Shown here one piece after another: positions 51,745 through 64,000 of a stretch of 64,000 nucleotides of DNA. This DNA comes from Lama guanicoe. Its lineage: Eukaryota. A model generated the notes under the pieces. It searched no databases and was not told where the DNA came from. It was given only the letters and a program-made list of their open reading frames with translations. Location of the stretch: NCBI GenBank assembly GCA_013239625.1, contig MU053513.1:2592927-2656926 (forward strand). Reading direction: 5' to 3'. A program made the position numbers and the translations under genes. Each line of letters opens with the position of its first letter. Positions within the stretch are counted from its first letter, which is position 1.

Positions 51745-52100
51745 ACTTCTGCTGGGTATACACCCAGAAGTGGAATTGCTGAATCATATGCTAATTCTAT
51801 GGTTAATATTTTGAGGAATTTTCGTACTGTTTTCTACAGCTGCTGGACCATTTTAATTCCCACCAGCAGTCCATAAGTGTTCCAGTTTCTCCACACCCTT
51901 GCCAACACTTGTTATTTTCTTTGTCTTTTTCTCCTCTTTTTTATAATATCCATTTTATTGGATGTGAAGTGTTACCTTACTGTGGTTTTGATTTGCTTTT
52001 CCCTATTGCATTTCCCTAATGACTAGCGATGTTGAGCATCTTTTCATGTGCTTATTGGCCATTTATATGTATTCTTTGGGGAAATGCCTATTCAAGTCTT
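51745..52100 (-). mobile_element. L1M ORF2 C-terminal fragment
   Basis: 'cccagaagtggaattgctgaatcatatg...gatgttgagcatcttttcatgtgcttattggccatt'. Confidence 0.88.
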
Positions 52101-52344
52101 ATTAAAAAAAATAACAGTAGCTGATCAATATAAGATGTATTAGCACCAGAAAAATATGCAATAAAAAACCATAGTGGTTGTCACTTGTAGAAATTCTAGT
52201 AAGTTTTGTTTTCTCTTTAATTCTCTTTAGTTCTTTTTTGTACTTTTTGGAATATTGTTACAATGCTTATGCATCATTTATCTTTGTTTTTTGGATTTTT
52301 TCTAGATTCGTTATAGTTTTAGCTCTTATTTGTAGGTCTATAAT

Positions 52345-52850
52345 TCATAAAAAATAAAAAGAGAAACCACAAAGTGGGAGAAAACAGTTACAAATCATAC
52401 ATCGAACAACAGACCTGCATCTAAAACATATTAAAAACTTCCTACACAGTTATAAGTGTAAAAACAATACTTTATAAATGTGCCAAATATTTGAATATAC
52501 ATTTTATCAAATAAATTACATGAATGGTTAATAAGAACACAAAGAGATGACCAACAAATCAAAATCCTCAAGGAGATACCACCACACACCCACCAGAATG
52601 GCCATAACCAACAATAGAGACAGTATCAAGGGTCAGAGAGGATGAGGAAAAACTGGAACCCTCAGGCATTTCTAGTCAGAATGCAAAGTAAGACAGCCAC
52701 CTGCAAAACATCTGGCAGTTTCTCAAATAGTTAAACAGAAATTCACCAGATTCCCCAGCAATTCCACTCCTAGAAATTTACCCAAGAAAAATGAAATCAT
52801 ATGTCCACACAGTGAGCTGTGGAGAAGCTTAGCAATGATTTTCAAAACAG
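52345..52850 (+). mobile_element. L1M ORF2 C-terminal fragment
   Basis: 'gtgggagaaaacagttacaaatcatacatc...ccagcaattccactcctagaaatttacccaagaaaaatgaaa'. Confidence 0.85.
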
Positions 52851-53029
52851 AAGGGACAATGAGGAAAGGGTTCATAGTGAAGACGGCGTTGAGTTGCATC
52901 TTGGGAACAGGATGGTTTCCTCCCGCCCCCATCACTTATGGTAGCTCCATTTGAATTTGTGACACCTGGGCAAAACGGAGACATGTGACAGCTTGGAATG
53001 TTTACCTTCCCCAAGTCCTCAAGGCCATG

Positions 53030-53270
53030 TGTGACAATGTGGAGGAATGGGAAGTGTCCATGATTTGACGTCAGAGAACCCTGAGGTCAAATCATGTCTC
53101 TGTCTTAGTCTCCTGGTGACCTCGCATAAATATCTCAACTACTCAGTCTCTGCTTTCTTCTTTATAAAATGGGACTACCCATGATACAGGGTTATTTTGA
53201 GGATTATATGAGTCAATATATACAGACATGCCTAGATGAGCACCTGGCAAAAGAAACCTTCTATCAGCAT
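53030..53270 (+). mobile_element. MIR SINE
   Basis: 'gtcagagaaccctgaggtcaaatc...tctttataaaatggga...ggttattttgaggatta...gcacctggca'. Confidence 0.7.
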
Positions 53271-53479
53271 GAGTTCCCTTCCCCTTCTTCTGTCCCAGAT
53301 TCTATTTAACAAGGAAGACAGAGGCAGCAGCAGTGCTGAATCTAATCTTCTGAGAGCTCAGTAAATGCTAAATACTATGTCAAATACTTTACGATCACTG
53401 TCTCTGGACCCATCCTTGCCAGTGACGCCTGGGGTTGTCTTCCTTTGGCTATCACGTGACACTCACCTTCTCAGTGAGA

Positions 53480-54560
53480 TCCATCCTACGCTCCCTTTAT
53501 TTATTTTGTCTTTCTGTGTCTCACTTTGGATGGCTTCTAATGCTATGTCTTCAAGGTCACTAGTCTTTTTCTTCCTCAATTATCTGCTGTCAGTTACATC
53601 TGGTGTATTTTTAATCCCACACACTGCAGTTTTCATGTTTAGAAATTTGACATGAGTCTTTTACACATCTTTCATGTCTCAAGTTTTTTGAACATAGGGA
53701 AAACATAATAATGTTTAAAGTATCTTTTCTAATTCTAACATCTGTGTCAATTCTGAATTGGTTTTAATTGACTAATTTTCTTCATTTTTCCTGTTTTTTT
53801 GCATTCCTAGTAATCATTTTTTGTATCTCAGATATTGTAGATTTTACTTTGTTGGGTAATGGGCATTTTCGTATTTCTAGAAATATCCTTGAGCTTTGTT
53901 TCGGGACACAGTTAAGTTACTAGAATTCATTTCAATCCTTTCAGATTTTGCTCTTAAGGTTTGTTAGGTAGGACCAGACTGGTACTGAGGACAGGGCTAA
54001 TTATTCCTGTTACCCAGTCAAGCGCTTTCTGAGTACTGTACTCAGTTCCCTATAGGATATAAGATTTTCCAGGTTTGCTAATGAGAATGGGTACTATGCA
54101 TGGCTCTGTGGGAACTCCGGCAATTATTCCTTCTAATACTTTAAGGTGGTTAATCTCCTCTCAAATGTGTGCTGATACCCATCTGAAGACTCTAGGGGAC
54201 CTTCTGCAAATCATAGAAGTTCTCTCTCTGTGCATCTTTCTCCTTCCTGGGCCTCTGTCCTGCCGAGTCTGGCCACGTTGGTCTCTCTGGAATCCCAGCT
54301 TCCTGCTCTCTACTCAGGGTATCCACCAGTCTGTGCTTGTGTTCCCCTCTCTGACACACAGCCTGGAAACTGTCAAGTACTGAGCTGGGGCAATCATAAG
54401 GCTCACCTCAGTTGTTTTGCATTTCTTAGAGATCACTGTCCTTTATTGTCTGGTGTTCAGTATCTTGAAAACCAAGTTTTCATATATACTTAGTTTACTT
54501 TTTTTAGTTGTTTTCAGGCAAAACAAAATAAATCCAGTCTTTCCTTGTCATGGTCAGAAA
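53480..54560 (-). mobile_element. Ancient L1M 5' region (ORF1/5'UTR)
   Basis: 'tctaatgctatgtcttcaaggtcactagtc...ttctaacatctgtgtcaattctg...gagctttgtttcgggacacagttaagttact'; similar to 1780-2490. Confidence 0.65.
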
Positions 54561-56391
54561 GGAAGTCTTTAAAGTTTTTCTTTAATTATTAAAGAAAAAT
54601 ATTTTTATGTATCACAAGACAGGTCAGAGGGCTTGAATTTATTTCTGTCATTTATTTATCAGGGAAAGTCACTTTTGGCGTGTGTGCTGGTCAGCACGAT
54701 TTGATTCTTTAACGATAAATTTAAGAATTCGGAAACAGAAATCACACAAAAACATGGAACTAATTATCCTTTCTGTAAACAGCACCCTATTGGCAACGAA
54801 AAGTAAAACGTATGAATGTTTTTGTTTTCCCTTGTGAGTGTCTGGAAGTGGAGAGGGCAGGAAAACATCTGCACGTAATTGGAATTACCAGCAAGCAGGA
54901 CCACAGACAGGCAAGCTGAATTTTGAGGCATCTTTTATCATCATCAGTCAAGTTATTAATGAGACAAAAGAAGACTCTGTGTAAACCATTAGTGTAAGAT
55001 GATGTCATCGCAAAGGACATCTCTTTGAGGTGTCGTGAGGGATGGAAATGAATAGTGACTGCATTGATCCTTCCCTCTGGAGCTATGGGACCATCGATGC
55101 TCAGAGTGATAAACAGAAGGCCTCACGAGGCCAGAAGCAGCAGCATTTGTGTGGTGCTCCGTGGGGAAGCTGAGCTTGGGTTGCTTGATGTAACAGTACA
55201 GGCTGTGAGGTGGGCTGAGGACTGAAGCACCTGGAACTTCCTCGGACAGGTGGGTGTGGAGATGGTGTGAGGAAGCAGGTGGGAAAGGATGTCTGTCTGC
55301 TTAAGTATCACTAGGTGATCCAGGGACATTTCTGGTGTTTTCAAAGTGATCCCAGATTTTTAGCTTATCTTCAGCTTGACACCTGATCTCATATGTTTAT
55401 TTCTTGAATTCTGCTTTCATAACATAAACTGAAGTGGATATTGTCAACTGTCATGAAAATGAGGACTTTGGTCAGAACAACTCAATTTGGTTGTATCTCT
55501 TGGAACTAATCGACCAGGTAGTCTTTTGGTGTCTTCATATCACATGTAAAGAATTCACCTATGGGAGGGTGGAGGGTAATACTAGTTTTAGCAGATAGCA
55601 CTTACTTGGCTCACTGCTGCCAAGTCATTTAATCATGTCAAAAGCGGCAGAAATTAGATATTTTAGTGTTTGTGGATGAGGCTTAGAGAGATTAAGCGGC
55701 TTGCCCAGAGACATGTATTTTATGAGGAGTGAATCTGAAAAGCCTCAGGCTCCTCTTTCAACAACGCGGGTGTGTGTTGGAGCCCCATGAGCTGTTAGTG
55801 GGAAGTGAGATGCCGTATGGAACGCCCTTGGCCACAGTGCCCAGCACAGAGAGAGCCCCCAAACACGGTAGACGGGCACCACCTCCATCAGCATCAGTGT
55901 TCTGCTCAAGACGACACACTTCAGTAAGTTGGAGGCTGGATTTGAAAACCATGCTTTCTGATTCCAGAGCCTAAGCTTTTAACCAGTGCTCCCCTGCCTG
56001 TAATTTAAAAGTATTATAATCTATTTCGTAGAGACTTTGATGTGACTATAGGCATGGCTTCAATACTTGGCAGGAAGATCAGACAACAGGAAAGTTAAAA
56101 AGAATAAAAGCAAAATAGAATCATAGAAGAGGGGACCCATGGCTTGCAGAGGAGCCAGCTTCTTCATGAGAGGCTCACTAGATGCTCTCCCTGCCCACTC
56201 AAAGCCTGAGGCAAGACAGTGCCCTGAGAACAGACCAGTAGATGACTTGCCAACCAAAGAGAAATACATGGCATGCCATCGGAAACTCCTACAGACATCA
56301 GTCAAATTGGAAACATAAAATCATCAGATGCAGCGGTCGTCTGCTGTAGGGAGGCAGAATTTGCCACCACAACATATGCCTCTTTAGCATA

Positions 56392-57078
56392 CGATGCAGA
56401 AAAACCAGGATCGCTAAGGAAAATGCTGTTCATCACCCTGTTGCACAAGGGTTAAGTCACAACCCCCTGCAGCTGCTGACCAACAGTGCGTCCTAAGAGG
56501 AAATTAGTGTGGTTTGGGATTAGCAGATACAAACTACTCTCTACAGAACAGATAAACAACAAGGTCCTATTTTATAGCACAGGGAACTATATTCAATAGT
56601 TTGTAATAACATATAATGAAAAAGAAAGAATATACGTATGTACAACTGAATCACTATGCTGTACACCAGAAACTAACACAACATCGTAAATTAAATGTAC
56701 TTCAATTTAAAAAAAAGATGGTAACAGGATGTGGTACTCTGTGCTTTGGACAAGATATTAGATAGCTAGGTGTATATCTCAGGAAGAATTTTAATTGACC
56801 TCAGATTCCTGCGGCCTCTCATACATAGAAAAGGATTAAAATCATTACCTTGAGAGTTCTGTACTTTGTGATCAGTAGTAATCCTGAACCAAGTTGTACT
56901 CTTGACTGCATGTATTTCCTAGCCAAAAAACCATGTATGAGCTGGCTTCTCCCACCTCTTCAGAGCAGATTCCTCAGAGCTAACTGAGTAGCTGTCTCCT
57001 GGGCTACGGGCTTCAGCAAGCCCCTGAATACAGCTTAGACTCACAACTCTTACACAGTGTCTCTCTTTAAGTTGCAGA
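56392..57078 (+). mobile_element. Second ERV1-type solo LTR (artiodactyl family) nested in the outer LTR
   Basis: Bounded by CATA repeats (56388-56391, 57079-57082). Contains 'catacatagaaaag...ttcctcagagctaactgagtagctgtctcctgggcta', typical of artiodactyl ERV1 LTRs. Terminal TG/CA are imperfect. Confidence 0.75.
56514..56717 (+). mobile_element. L1 3' end nested in the inner LTR
   Basis: 'tttgggattagcagatacaaactact...gctgtacaccagaaactaacacaac...cttcaatttaaaaaaaa'. Confidence 0.9.
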
Positions 57079-57493
57079 CATAGGGGTTGTTTTAAGCTGG
57101 TTATCTTTAAGAGACAGGCACAGGAGAAGCTTTGAAAACCAAGTAGAAGTTACCCTTTGTAAGATACAAAGGATTTACTCTTATCAATAGGAAAGGCAAC
57201 AACTTAAGTTTGCATAACAACCTTACCCGTGTTGGCTGTGCTTTTCCTGGTAACCTCCCATAACTGAGGGTCACCAACAACTCCTGTTGTCTTCATCTGA
57301 AGATGGTATTTAAGCTGGTGGCTTCAGCCATTTGGGCAAGTTACTCAGTTTTCCTGGGCCTCGCCCATGTGTAGAGGAGGTATACATGTTACTGAACTTT
57401 GCTTTTCTCCAGTGAGTCTGCCTTATGTCAATTTGATTATTAGACCAGCCACAGACCCTCAAAGGGGAGCGGGAGAACTTTTCTTGCCCAGCA

Positions 57494-57870
57494 CCGCTGG
57501 CACTACTGCCTGGCGGGCTCCGCGCGCAGCTCGCGTGATGAGCGCGACCAGGGCGAGAGGCGTGAGCGGCAAGGTCATGAACCCCGTGGCCCTGTGCCCG
57601 GCAGGGCCGGGGCTCCTCAAAGCTTCCTGGTCGTTCAAGGAGCACGTGACAAAAAAAGGAAAATAAGGGAAATATAGTCCTGAAAGAATGAAGCATCGCC
57701 AAGAGATCCATGGAGGAATAAGAGGAAAGGCAGCAGCAGTGACGAGCGCAGTGGCGGGTGTCGCTGCTGCGCTCTGATCCCGGCCCTTTAACAGAGCCGG
57801 CTCGCGCAAGCGCGCACGGAGGCTGGTGATGGCTGCCGGCTGCTCCCTGAGCTCCCCTCCCACCCGCTGG
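57494..57870. promoter_or_regulatory. Small orphan CpG-island-like segment
   Basis: About 32 CpG in about 375 bp by manual count. CACGTGAC at 57643-57650 and NRF1-like GCGCAAGCGC at 57804-57813. Confidence 0.6.
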
Positions 57871-58044
57871 GCTGACCTGTTGCTCCCTGCTTCTTGGTCC
57901 TCCATTCTACAGTTTTTCTTGGCTTCCCAGGATCTTCCTCAAACTCTTTTTTTTTTTTTTTTTTACTTTGCTGTCCTGTTATGCAGTATTCCCAGCTGAT
58001 TTCAATCCCTACCCGCTTTGCCGCTCCACCCACCTCTTTGCTAT

Positions 58045-58357
58045 TGCAAGTGTCCTTGTGGTCACGTGGTGATAAGAATTCCCACACCCAGAAAACGAGT
58101 GCACATGTCTCCCCATCATGAGTCTCACTCTTCCCCTTACTCCTTGAAAGCAAATCGCTTTCACCGTTAAGGTGAGAAGTTGGTTTGTGAACTAAGTTCC
58201 TGCTTCTCCATTCTCAGCCATTGAACAAAGCTTGCATGGTTTCAGTCTCAGCATTGGTTTCATTTTTGGCCGCATGAAGAAAGAAACTCCCCTGCTGAGG
58301 CAGGGGGCCTCCGCTGGGCTAAGGGCCAAGTCCATACCAGCTAATTGGGTACCGGCA
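58045..58357 (+). mobile_element. Possible additional LTR (unclassified)
   Basis: U3/R-like 'ggtttgtgaactaagttcctgcttctccattctcagccattgaacaaagcttg' and a CA terminus ('accggca'). Boundaries and TSD (ctat/ctaa) are uncertain. Confidence 0.35.
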
Positions 58358-58582
58358 CTAAAGCTCAGCAAGATCCTCCCCTGTCCCCGTAGGTGCTTCC
58401 TCGCCTCTCCCTCTAGACCTCATGCCCCCTGACAGCCTGAAAAGAGCTCAGGCTTTGCAGTCGGCTAGACCGTAATAAAATTCTGCCCAGTTGCTTATCA
58501 GCGGTGTGACCTTGAGCAACTGAAGTTTCCTGAATCTCAGTTTCTTCATCTGTAAAGAGGGAATGATGAAGGCACTCACTGC

Positions 58583-59114
58583 TGCCAGGGAGGAAGAAAT
58601 TTTCCTCTACGCGTCTAGGTTCTCCTGGCTGGTGTAAGAATTAAAGTGACACGAGGCATATTAACACGAGGAAATCAAACAGATTTTAATAGCATGGAAA
58701 CACGGGAAGGACTCAGGAGAACTGAGTAACTCGCCAAAACGGCTGAAGCCCTCACCCTAAATGCCGTCTTCAGCCAAAGACAAAAAGAGGAGGTTGAGCA
58801 TGGGGAGAGTCAGTAGTGGGAGGTTACCAGGAAAAGGCGCAATAAACAAGAATTGTGAGGATTTAAGTCCTTGTCTTCCCCATTGATGGGAATGTCTAGA
58901 GATTTGGTCATCCTCCTCTTCCTGGTACCCAAAGGGAGACACCCTTACAACTGGAGATTTCCCTATAAATAGACATGTTTCTTACAAATGGGTAACGCCT
59001 ACTTGGTTTTCAGATTTTTTTCCCACATCTGCTATTTTTTAGAAAATAATCAGCTTAAAATAATTATCATGCCAAAGAGATCTATTTTGGGGGGGCAAAT
59101 TCTGCTCCCCTAGA
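58583..59114 (-). mobile_element. ERV1-type solo LTR related to the 56345 outer LTR, inserted in a MIR
   Basis: Reverse complement shares 'gaaaaccaagtag..gttaccc.tttgtaaga', 'cttttcctggtaacctccca' and 'gcagaatttgcc' with the outer LTR. MIR halves at about 58450-58575 and 59115-59145. Confidence 0.88.
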
Positions 59115-61299
59115 CCTCACAGAATTGATGTGAGGATTAAAAGAGACACTTTCAATCTTCATGCATGAAATAACACTTTAATTCTTACTCCCTTTAATTT
59201 TCCCAGTTTATAGTTCCCCAGCCCTGTCACCTATCCTTCCCATCCCTTACTTCTATCAACTATCTTCTTCCTCTTGACCTTGATTTTTCCCACATCCGGG
59301 TATAAATAACTCCTCTATGCTCTTTTAAAGAAAACCTCATTTTACTCTAAATACAATAGACATGCCAAAAAGTTCAAGAAACATAACTGTACATTTTAAT
59401 AGATTATAAAGTGAACACCTGTTGAAACCTCTCCCAGGTCAAGAACTAGGACCTTCTGCTTCAGAATCTCTGGATACTCAGCACTTCTTAAAGACCCTCA
59501 TCACTTCCTTACGTCAGCTGAAGGCTCACTTCCTCGTATCCACACAGATTTCCTTCTAGTTTTCTAAAGGGAAGTTGTGGCACTTGTGTGCATACCAGGA
59601 ACTCCCATGAGGATGGAGTGGGGGAAGGAATGAAGGGTGACATGAGGAAGGAGGGGGAAGGACCAATTGAAAGGAGTGCCTCTTCTAGGGAAAACCAGCA
59701 GTCCAAATCACCTGTGCCCAAGCTAACGCTGATTTTACCCAGGGCAATGTCTTTTCTAAGGAGTCCCATCTGGGGAGAACTCAGTCTAGAGGTGAAGCTT
59801 TCTGGCAGCACCAGCTCTCAGTGTGCACTGGTTCCTCCAGTTGGACTTCAGATGGATCTATCCAGAGAATATGAGGGCTACTGAAAGCAGCTCCAGGATA
59901 ATGCCTTGAGAGGAACTTACAGCCAGTTGCATTTCAGATCAGAGCTCTAACCCCAGGTGTGTTGAGGGGAGTCAGAGTCCTGGGCAAAGAGTCAGGCAAA
60001 AAGTTGACCACAGGATGTTGAGGTTTAGATAGAGATGCTGGGATGTGGAACTCGTATGAGTTTCCAGCTTGCTAAATTCATCCCAGGCTTGAGTTCAGTG
60101 TGAAAATTTCAATGTCAGGCTAAAGACTGAAGTCGTTTGAAATCTTAGGGTGTGGAAGGGTACAGGTGGAGAGCAGATGTAGCCACAGGCTGACAGATGC
60201 CACTCACTGAGTCTCCCTCCTCCTCCTACATGCCCATATGCCACTCTTCTCCACTTAACTTTGACTAGAAGGCAGAACTGGCCAATTTTGTGGGGGCAAC
60301 TGGTGAAGGCATTTCTTTGTAGAGAGCCACCACTCTGAGTCCCAACCCTTTCTTTGAGGAAAGGTTCTATTCTCTAATCCCAAAACCAATAAGGAAAACT
60401 TTGGGAGAACCATGAAGTCTGTTACCTGAAGTTGAGTAGAACAGAAAGTTGGTGCTTGACCCACCTATGACAACTAAAGCAGATGGTGGATTAGGGTATT
60501 AATCCCTAGTGGGGAAATCCGGAGGGTGAAAAACTCCCTACCTGTTTTGGTGACAAGCCAGGAAAGTGTGTCCCTACTGACGTGGCTTCTCACAGCAAAT
60601 GAGCTGCCTAGAATACAGATCCATCAACCAGGTCAAGAGAACTGCAGGAGAACGGGACCCTGTGGGGAACCTTTAAAGAACTTTGGTAAGAGAGTCAGCT
60701 GGTTAACATCCTCCAAGCCCACGTGCCTGGAAGCTACCTAGCCAATTAAGCACACATATCCAAACCCCAAGACTCCAGTGGGGAGCCAGACAGCATAGCA
60801 AATGGGAGAGGAAACTAACGAAAGAAGAGATGAAGGACCTAGAGCTGGGGAGGGGAGAAGACTTGATTGCTAAATCATATTCAGAATATTCACTGTTACA
60901 TGGGACAAAATACTTCAATTTCTGTATTGAGACTTGTTTTTAATGACATGAGTGGCCAGGTGGAGCTGTATTATCTGAAAGCGACTAAAAAAAGTCCAAA
61001 TCTTTTTCTTGGGGCAAAGGAAAATCACCTCCACTCAATAAAGTTTAAAGAGACTATACGAAGCCCAAAGTCACAGTCTTAACAATTGTTTGTTCAACAT
61101 GCTGGCTACCTCTATGTCACTGGGGATTGTGAAGACAGGTAAGATGGGAGAAAACAGAAGCATCATTGCTCTGTGAATGACCTATAGCTAAAGGGTGGCG
61201 AAAATTAGGAGACACAGTCAAAGAGAGATCCAGACAGCATACGTTTTATGGAGGAAGGGATTTTGCCTCCCTGCTTGGGGGAATCTTGGGGTTACGTGT

Positions 61300-64000
61300 G
61301 CTTCCAACTTTTTCTTTCTTTGGATTTATTTTGTGGTTCTTTTTCAACCTTCCTGAAATGGATGCCTAGTTCATAGCTTTTTAGCTTTTCTTTTTTCCCT
61401 AATCTATATGTTTGAAACAACACATTTACCTCTTTGGATACCTTTAGCTGAATTACATATGCTAATATGTCATGTCTTCATTATCATCCAGTTTAAAATA
61501 TTTTCTAATTTCTATGCAACTTTCCTCTTTGATCCATGAGTTATTTGGAAGTATATTTATATATACACACACACATATACATACACACATATATGTGTGT
61601 GTGTGTGTGTGTGTTTGTAATTTCCAAATGTTTGATGATTCTCTAGGTATCTATATATTTTTTTAAATGGCATTATTTCACTCTGGCAACCTTTGGTACA
61701 GTTCCCATCTTTTGAAATGTTTAGAGACTTGTGTCATGATTCATCATATGCTCACTTTTGGAAAAATCTTCCATGTGAACTTTAAAAGCATACATATTCT
61801 TTTATTTTGAAGTACAGTATTCAGTATATTTCAGTTATAATAATTTTGTTATTTACATTAATCAGAACTTCTAAATTCTTGCTGGGTTTTTAATTGACTT
61901 TTGTATCAGTTTCTGAACATAGTTTGTCAAAATATCCCAATATGGTTGTGGTCTTTTCCACCTCCCATTTTATTTCACTCACTTTTTGCTGTGTATACTT
62001 TGAGGTTCTGTTATTGGGTGAAAACACATTTGAAAGTTTTATATCTGCCTGATGGCTTGACTTTTATCTCTGCTTTAGCTTTAGTGAGGCTTCTTGCCTT
62101 CATATCTACTTTGATGTTGGTCCAGATGTATTAGCTTTCTTTGATTAGTCTTTGTACAGTTTATCAATTTTTATCTTTTAATCTTCAGCCATTCTGTATA
62201 TATTTAATGTATATCACTTATAAACAGTATATTTTTCCTGTGTCATTCTTTGTCAATTAGTACATTTAATTTATTTACTGATATATTGGAGTGAAAACCT
62301 ACTATCTTACGATTTGGATTCTTTTTGTACCATTTGTTTTATACTCCATCATCTATACTTTACTGCCTGCTTTTGGATTAAGTATTCTTATTATACTTTA
62401 TATTTCTATTAGCTTGCTAATTGTATCATTTTTCATTTTTATTTATTTTTAGTGGTTACCTAAGGTGCAGTTCATCCTTGACTTATTAAAGTCTAATGTA
62501 AATTTGCACTTTTACCACTTCCTGGATGATAGAAGAAATTTAGAAATCTTTGTTTTTCTTTCTTATACCTTTTAGTTATTGTGTCAAATATTTCTATTTA
62601 ACATATTTTAAATTCCATAAATTTATCATATGCTATCAGTATGTATTTACTTACATATCAATCTTTCTATTGCTTTTTACTACTTTTTTATGTATTTTTA
62701 TTTAGGATAGATTTCCATCTTCTGTCTTAGGAAATCCTTTTATATTTATTTCAGGCCAAGTTTACTGGTGACAAATTCATTTCTGTGAAAACATCTTTTG
62801 TTTTGACTTCATACTTACAGGCATTATCACTGGTGATAAAAGTCAAGGTTGGCAGTTTTGAAGATGGCATTAACAACAGCTTCTGGTTTCATTATTTCTA
62901 CTGAGAAGCCATCAGTTCAGTATTATTGTTGCTCCTTTGAAATTAATGTGTCTTTTTTTTCCATTTGACTGCTTTTAAGATTTTCTCTTAGTTTTTTTTC
63001 CAGTTGTATTTTGAGATGCTTAAGTGTTGCTTTCTTTGTACTTACCCTTCTTCGAGTTTAAAGTATTTCTTAAATCCATGGCTTGATGTCTTTCTTGTCT
63101 TAGAAAAATTTTGGCTGCATATCTTCAAATGTTCTCACTCTTTTCTCTGTCTAGGACGTCAGTTACACATATGTTAAACCTTCCTGTGGTTAAGCCTGGA
63201 TCTTTACTGCTGACCTGTCATTCAGTTCACCCGTCCTCTCTTCAGCTGCATCTAGTCTGCTATTGAACCCGTCTTTGGAGTTTCACTTTCAGTTTATGAA
63301 GTTTTCTGACTGTAGAACTTCTATTTGACTTCTCAGTTACCTGCTGAGTTATCTTCCCATATTTTTCTTGAATACATTAGACACAGTTATTTCTAGTTTA
63401 TACATAACTTCAGTATTTGTGTTTCCCATAGGTTCATTCCCATTATTTACTTTTTCCCTCCTTGGTCTCTTCTATTGGGTTACCTAATAGATTTTTATTA
63501 AAAAAATTTGGTTTTGGATTTTGTATTTAAAAAATATAGAAATAATTTGATTCTGGGTCATAGTATCTTTCTTTACAGAGGGTTTCTTTTTTTCCTGGAA
63601 GGCAGTTAGCCTGGGAGCAAATCACTATAATTCAATTTGAGATTGAGGTGATTAGAATCTGATACCCTGTGGGCTGGTCTATTTCTTGTTAACCTTTTTT
63701 CTAGTGAGTAGTCCTTTCCAGGGTCTCAACTGAAAACCTTAGGTGTTTACCATGGTCTCTTTTTTCTGGGGGATTTGAACTTGAATTTTTTACTCCCAAG
63801 CCCCATTAGTCTAAAATTTTGCTTAGCTTCTCGGCCTCTCAGATTGCCTACAAATCAGCAGATGCTTTGAAGGGAAAAGCAGAGCTAAGTGTCGGGCTTG
63901 TCTCTTTGTACTTTCCTTCTCTAAGGACTTTGATTCCTCATATCCTTGCTTCCTTGATGGCTCCCCAATGTTTTCCAAGAGATTTTTTTGCTTCGTGTTT
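61300..64000 (-). mobile_element. Ancient L1M (ORF2 5' part, ORF1, 5'UTR), running to the window end
   Basis: T-rich antisense L1 motifs: 'ttcctctttgatccatgagttatttggaagtat', 'tttctactgagaagccatcag...attgttgctcctttga', 'ctcttcagctgcatctagtctgctattgaaccc'. Confidence 0.8.

Larger units (their letters stand above)
56345..57493 (+). mobile_element. ERV1-type solo LTR (outer; 56345-56391 + 57083-57493)
   Basis: TGTAGGGAGGCAGAATTTGCC...TTGCCCAGCA. 4-bp TSD ctgc/ccgc. Colinear with the intact inverted relative at 58583-59114. Confidence 0.85.

Noticed and set aside
56273..57677. 83-codon ORF restored by excising the nested LTRs (MPSETPTD...VVC+WHYCLAG...REI*), and the overlapping 99-148 aa ORFs at 57310-58153
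   Set aside because: Lengths are expected by chance in GC-rich DNA, some run into LTR sequence, and I recognise no homolog. BLASTX would be needed to revive a pseudogene call.
57947..57964. T18 run as the poly(A) tail of a processed pseudogene
   Set aside because: No adjacent poly(A) signal or TSD found, and its orientation does not place the CpG-rich segment upstream of the tail.

Overview
Mammalian genomic DNA, most likely a camelid (camel/alpaca/llama). This is inferred from tRNA-Ala(AGC)-derived SINEs carrying a 'cctaattacctcc'-type tail module and from cetartiodactyl-type L1 3' ends. I find no protein-coding exon, no true tRNA/rRNA gene and nothing prokaryotic. The supplied ORFs look like chance ORFs or repeat translations. 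The window reads as repeat-rich intergenic or deep-intronic sequence: L1 of several ages, L2, MIR, CR1/L3, MLT1/ERVL, ERV1 and ERVK-type solo LTRs, Tigger1 and hAT MITEs. Repeat-free islands between them carry developmental TF motif clusters. Best observations: (1) a probable L1 3' transduction at 46.7-47.5 kb; (2) an orphan CpG-island-like patch at 57.5-57.9 kb with NRF1 and USF-type motifs, bracketed by convergent related ERV1 LTRs, one of them triply nested; (3) two twin-primed 5'-inverted L1s; (4) a young ERVK-like solo LTR; (5) enhancer-like islands at about 28 kb (Meis + Pbx-Hox) and 50.3-50.6 kb (two octamers). Repeat family names come from my recall of consensus sequences, not from a database search. 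Boundaries without TSDs are approximate. I do not see evidence for a new multi-gene system.
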